From: an archaeon | GTDB lineage: Archaea; Iainarchaeota; Iainarchaeia; Iainarchaeales; CSSED10-239 | Length of the DNA stretch: 28,489 nucleotides | Assembly (NCBI GenBank): GCA_035357435.1 | Contig: DAOPNM010000003.1 | Span: 1-28,489, forward strand | Direction: 5' to 3' | Shown: positions 24,636 to 28,489 of the stretch, piece by piece | How the letters are laid out: each line of letters starts with the position of its first letter | How positions within the stretch are numbered: position 1 is the stretch's first letter | The notes under the pieces: model-generated | What the model was told of the DNA's origin: nothing | Seen by the model: the letters and a program-made list of their open reading frames with translations, nothing else | Database searches by the model: none | Made by a program: the position numbers and the translations under genes

Positions 24636-25376
24636 TTAAAAAAATATTAAATAAATTATTGCACAAACAATAAAAACAATTAATACCCATTTAATATTTT
24701 TAAATATAAACTTAATAACCTGCCAAATCCCTTTAAAAATACCTGCAAAAAAAGAAACAATATAACCCCATAATTTTTTTGGAGATCTTAAATCATGCAA
24801 CATTTCTTTAAATGCTTCTGTATTTGTTTGCTCTTTTTCTGGCAACTCATCAAAATTATTTAATTTTCCTGAAACTGCATCAAATTTGAGTTTAATGCTA
24901 TCTATATGGGTTTTCCAAACAGGAACATATATTTCCTCTACACCACTTAAGGAAATATTTTCTTCAGCAACATTATATTTTGTACTAAGAAATTTAAGTA
25001 TTGCCTTTTGTGCCTCCTCTTTTACAATTATAGAATCCTTTATTTCAACAGTAACCTCATCAGCTTGTGAAATTTCCAATTTAGGAATTATTTTTGGTTT
25101 TGCATATTTAAACAAAGAAATTATTTGATTATCTATTTTGTGAGAAAGAGCATTTAATGCTACCTGCCCTGAATAATGTTGATATTTACCATCTATATTT
25201 GCAGAAATATCAAAAAAACATATCCAATAAGGTGTTATTGTCAAATATATTTTTTTTTTATCTAATTTATAATCCTGATGCTTTGCATCAACTACTTCTT
25301 GAAATTTATTTAATGCATCTTTTGAATTTATTAAAATTGGAAAACGTTTTTTATTAATTTCCATGACAATATCCAT
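24636..25376 (-). CDS. Hypothetical tail-anchored membrane protein: about 195-aa cytoplasmic domain, C-terminal amphipathic segment and TM
   Basis: 246 aa. C-terminus is LWGYIVSFFAGIFKGIWQVIKFIFKNIKWVLIVFIVCAIIYLIFF. No recognisable motif in the soluble part. Co-directional with and downstream of sepF. Confidence 0.55.
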   Translation of the reverse strand: MDIVMEINKKRFPILINSKDALNKFQEVVDAKHQDYKLDKKKIYLTITPYWICFFDISANIDGKYQHYSGQVALNALSHKIDNQIISLFKYAKPKIIPKLEISQADEVTVEIKDSIIVKEEAQKAILKFLSTKYNVAEENISLSGVEEIYVPVWKTHIDSIKLKFDAVSGKLNNFDELPEKEQTNTEAFKEMLHDLRSPKKLWGYIVSFFAGIFKGIWQVIKFIFKNIKWVLIVFIVCAIIYLIFF

Positions 25377-25444
25377 CTTTAAATATAAAAAAGATAAATC
25401 TAATTACTTATGCAGATAATTAGATTTATACTATTTAATATAAT

Positions 25445-25792
25445 TTATGCAGATCTTTTAAGTATCTTAACCTTAGATGGAACCAACAACAATTTTGTTT
25501 TAGATATTAATGCAATATCTCCACCATTATCTACAATAAACATCTTCAATTGATTAATAAATTGTTTTGCTCTTTGTGGATTTCTTTTAGAAAGAGATTC
25601 TATATCCATAAGCACAATATTTCTATTTTTTAATTCCTTTATTGCTGTATCTATTTCTTGTGTAGATTGTAAAACCAATGGTTTAACATAAAAATCAACA
25701 TCTTCCTCTTCTTCAATTGTATCTAAATTGTTTAAAAGGTCATCTACATTTACATCATCTTTTTTCAAAAACATTTTATCTAAAAATGCCAT
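25445..25792 (-). CDS. sepF: SepF-like cell-division protein (FtsZ membrane anchor)
   Basis: 115 aa. N-terminal amphipathic MAFLDKMFLKK, acidic linker, then YVKPLVLQSTQEIDTAIKELKNRNIVLMDIESL...NGGDIALISKTKLLLVPSKVKI, which matches the SepF core architecture and the size of archaeal SepF. GAGGTGA SD 7 nt upstream. Confidence 0.65.
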   Translation of the reverse strand: MAFLDKMFLKKDDVNVDDLLNNLDTIEEEEDVDFYVKPLVLQSTQEIDTAIKELKNRNIVLMDIESLSKRNPQRAKQFINQLKMFIVDNGGDIALISKTKLLLVPSKVKILKRSA

Positions 25793-25798
25793 ATCTCT

Positions 25799-25805
25799 TC
25801 ACCTC
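25799..25805 (-). promoter_or_regulatory. Shine-Dalgarno (GAGGTGA) for sepF
   Basis: Reverse strand reads TTTGAGGTGAAGAGATATG. Confidence 0.55.
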
Positions 25806-25988
25806 AAAAGTAAAATTAGTTTTTTATTTTTTTTATACCCTTATATATCACACATAATATAACTGTGTTTTAATATAATATAATTTATATATATAGAACC
25901 AAAATGTATTTAAATACTTTAGATTTGTGTTATATAGTGCACAAAATTGGGATAACACACAACAAAAATAGGTTAAAATAAGATAACT

Positions 25989-27170
25989 ATGTATAATATA
26001 TTATTAATTCACTATAACGAAATTGCATTAAAAGGAGGAAATAGGAAATATTTTGAAAATAAACTACTAGAAAACATAAAAACACTTTTAACTGCAAAAG
26101 AAGAGATACAAAAAATATATAAGCAAAGAGGAAAAATTATATGTGAATTAGCAGAAAAAACCAATTTGGAAAATATAAAACAACTACTAATAAACCTCCC
26201 AGGAATTGCATATTTTGGAATTGGAGAAAAAACAAAATTAGATTTGGAAGATATTAAAAATAAAACAAAAGAAATTGCAAAAACACAACAATTTAATTCA
26301 TTTAAAATCAAAACACAAAGAACAAATAAACAGTTTCAATATACCTCCCCACAAATAAACGAAATTATAGGAAAAGAAATAAAAGAAACATTAAACAAAA
26401 AAGTAGATCTAGAAAATCCAGAACTTACAATATTTATAGAAATAGACAACGACTCATCAATAATCTATTTACAAAAAATAAAAGGCGCAGGAGGTTTACC
26501 TACAGGTGTAAGTGGGAAAATCATTTGCTCACTATCTGGGGGTATAGATAGCCCTGTTGCAGGATATACATTAATGAAAAGAGGATGTGAAATTACATTT
26601 GTACACATTTTTAATGATGGATTAACATCACAAGCTAGTTTAGAAAAAATATTAAATATTGTTAAACAATTAACAAAATACCAATTAAAATCAAAACTAT
26701 ATATTGTTCCATTTTCCAAAATACAAAATGAAATTATAAAAAATGTTCCAGAAGAATATAGAATGATAATATATAGAAGATACATGCTAAAAATAATAGA
26801 AAACATTGCACAAAAAGAAAACATTAATTTCATAGTTACAGGAGATTCTATAGGGCAAGTGGCATCACAAACTATAGATAATTTACAATGTATTTATGAA
26901 GCTACCACCTTAAACATATTCACACCACTTTCTGGATTAAATAAAGAAGAAATTACTGAAATTGCCCAAAAAATAGACACCTATAAATATTCTATATTGC
27001 CATATTTAGACTGCTGCTCTTTAATGATCCCTAAACACCCTGAAACAAAAGGAAATTTACAAGAAATAAAAAAATTAGAAGAAAATATAAAAAATGAACA
27101 AAATTTAATTGAATACTGTGTATCACAAGCAGAAATTATTAACTATAACTATTTAGAAAAAGAAATGTAA
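25989..27170 (+). CDS. thiI: tRNA 4-thiouridine synthase ThiI (ferredoxin-like + THUMP + PP-loop ATPase; no rhodanese domain)
   Basis: 393 aa. PP-loop SLSGGIDSPVAGY, GDSIGQVASQT, and LDCCSLMIPKHP (Cys pair at the position of the catalytic Cys of bacterial ThiI). Confidence 0.85.
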   Translation: MYNILLIHYNEIALKGGNRKYFENKLLENIKTLLTAKEEIQKIYKQRGKIICELAEKTNLENIKQLLINLPGIAYFGIGEKTKLDLEDIKNKTKEIAKTQQFNSFKIKTQRTNKQFQYTSPQINEIIGKEIKETLNKKVDLENPELTIFIEIDNDSSIIYLQKIKGAGGLPTGVSGKIICSLSGGIDSPVAGYTLMKRGCEITFVHIFNDGLTSQASLEKILNIVKQLTKYQLKSKLYIVPFSKIQNEIIKNVPEEYRMIIYRRYMLKIIENIAQKENINFIVTGDSIGQVASQTIDNLQCIYEATTLNIFTPLSGLNKEEITEIAQKIDTYKYSILPYLDCCSLMIPKHPETKGNLQEIKKLEENIKNEQNLIEYCVSQAEIINYNYLEKEM

Positions 27171-27256
27171 TTAAAATATACACAATAACCAAACATAAAA
27201 ATTATATAAATTAAAAATATATATAAATAGTTTGGAACAAAATATTTTAGAGAAAT

Positions 27257-28471
27257 ATGACACAAGGAAACATATTTTATGAATATATTGATCAAGACTC
27301 TGTTTTTATAGACAAAACAAAAATGTCACAACATTATGCCCCAGATAAACTTCCATTTAGAGATCAACAGATACAAAAACTTTCACTATGGGTTTCACCA
27401 ATATTAAAAAATGAAAAACCACACAATGTTTTTATTTATGGAAAGGTCGGAACAGGGAAAACAACAGTTGTAAAACATGTAATTGAACAACTAGAAACAA
27501 TAATTCAAGAAAAAAAACTACCTGCAAAAGCAATATACATTAATTGTGAAAATTATCAAACAAAATATGCAATATTATTCTATTGCGTACAACTATTTTA
27601 TCCAGATAAAAACTTCATAGGATACTCTAGATCATTTATTTATGATAAATTTATAACATATATCAAAGAAAACAAATTAAACTTAATAATAATTTTAGAT
27701 GAAATTGACAAAATTAGAGAAAAAGAAATTGATGATTTAATATATACACTTACAAGAGCCAATGACGAACTAGAAATAGGAAGTGTTTCAATAATTGGAA
27801 TTTCAAACAATTGCTTTTTTAAATCTAGATTAGACTCAAGAACAAAAAGTAGTTTATGCGAACAAGAAGAAGTATATCCACCATATAATGCAGAAGAACT
27901 TAAAGAAATTTTAAAACAAAGAACATCACTTGCTTTCAAAAAAGGGGTAGTTACAGATTCTGCAATAAACAGTGCAGCAGCTATTGCTGCAAAAGAATCA
28001 GGAGATGCAAGAACAGCCGTTATGCTTTTATTAAAAGCAGGAGAATTAGCAGATATGTATAAAAGACAAAAAGTTACAGATAAAGAAGTACTTGATGCAA
28101 AAGAAAAAGTAGAACAAGAAATTATAAAAAGTATGGTTTTAACTTTACCTGTACAACTTCAATTAGTACTACTTGCAATAACTGAACTTTCATTAAGAAC
28201 AAAGGGTGTTCTAAAAATAAATGGGTCACTTGACCCAAATGTGTGCTACTCTGGAGAAATTTATGAAAAATACACACAACTTACAGAAAAATATAATGAA
28301 AAACCAGTATCAATGAGATGGTTTAGAGAATACTTAAACGAACTAGAAACATATGGATTTATTTCTACAACAGATTCTGGAAAAGGAATAAGAGGAAACA
28401 CTACAATTATAAAAATGGGCGTAGATATAAAAACAATATATGATTTACTAATACAAGAATTTACAAAATAA
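27257..28471 (+). CDS. cdc6: Orc1/Cdc6 replication initiator (AAA+ plus winged helix)
   Basis: 404 aa. Walker A IYGKVGTGKTT, Walker B IIILDEIDK, sensor-2 region SGDARTAVMLL, and C-terminal winged-helix region. Confidence 0.9.
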   Translation: MTQGNIFYEYIDQDSVFIDKTKMSQHYAPDKLPFRDQQIQKLSLWVSPILKNEKPHNVFIYGKVGTGKTTVVKHVIEQLETIIQEKKLPAKAIYINCENYQTKYAILFYCVQLFYPDKNFIGYSRSFIYDKFITYIKENKLNLIIILDEIDKIREKEIDDLIYTLTRANDELEIGSVSIIGISNNCFFKSRLDSRTKSSLCEQEEVYPPYNAEELKEILKQRTSLAFKKGVVTDSAINSAAAIAAKESGDARTAVMLLLKAGELADMYKRQKVTDKEVLDAKEKVEQEIIKSMVLTLPVQLQLVLLAITELSLRTKGVLKINGSLDPNVCYSGEIYEKYTQLTEKYNEKPVSMRWFREYLNELETYGFISTTDSGKGIRGNTTIIKMGVDIKTIYDLLIQEFTK

Positions 28472-28489
28472 AAAAACTAATTACCAAAC

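Noticed and set aside
25924-25959. 8-bp inverted repeat TGTGTTAT ... ATAACACA (17-nt spacer) in the sepF/thiI divergent promoter region, plus other CACA/TGTG-containing words nearby
   Set aside because: The arms are short for a region this AT-rich, so the statistical weight is low. It is a possible operator but cannot be supported without comparative data.
27171-27256. Replication origin in the thiI-cdc6 spacer
   Set aside because: It is only 86 bp and has no inverted or direct ORB-like repeats. It looks like a plain promoter.
1-28489. Scan for tRNA, rRNA, SRP/RNase P RNA, C/D-box sRNAs, CRISPR repeats, IS elements, integrases, toxin-antitoxin pairs and known defence genes
   Set aside because: No GC-rich structured islands of suitable length exist in any gap; the largest gap is 301 bp and is A-rich. 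There are no regularly spaced direct repeats, no terminal inverted repeats, and no transposase, integrase or defence-type motifs in any ORF.
1-28489. Alternative genetic code or stop-codon recoding
   Set aside because: TAA, TAG (the 250-aa gene, aCPSF1, aRF1, PriS) and TGA (PAC2-like) all occur as terminators at positions consistent with family-typical protein lengths. No conserved protein is interrupted by an in-frame stop.

Overview
Very AT-rich, tightly packed archaeal chromosomal segment. I call about 31 protein-coding genes and find no rRNA, tRNA, CRISPR array, transposase or integrase. The content is mostly archaeal housekeeping. RNA and protein quality control: aCPSF1/FttA, proteasome beta, long FKBP, Fap7, TruD, ThiI, NAC. 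Translation: aRF1, aIF2-alpha. Replication and repair: Hel308, HerA, Rad50, PriS, GINS, Orc1/Cdc6. Division: SepF. The gene set, strong AT bias, short proteins and near-zero intergenic spacing suggest a small-genome, DPANN-like archaeon, but this is inference only. I see no obvious self-contained novel system such as a defence island. The parts most worth a second look are: (1) rad50 with no mre11 and herA with no nurA, each tightly linked to an unexpected partner (an orphan 295-aa helical-repeat protein and a PAC2-like protein) inside one 8.2-kb co-directional array; (2) a sepF operon carrying two uncharacterised membrane proteins; (3) a degenerate protein-kinase-like gene; (4) an A14-T-A12-T-A26 tract in the largest non-coding gap; (5) two class-III-signal pilin genes with no assembly machinery nearby; (6) a strongly SD-preceded 58-codon basic ORF missing from the ORF track. 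Five ORF-track starts are corrected using Shine-Dalgarno or TATA context (psmB, GINS, PriS, the 433-aa membrane protein, rad50). All functional calls rest on motifs read by eye from the translations. No database search was run.
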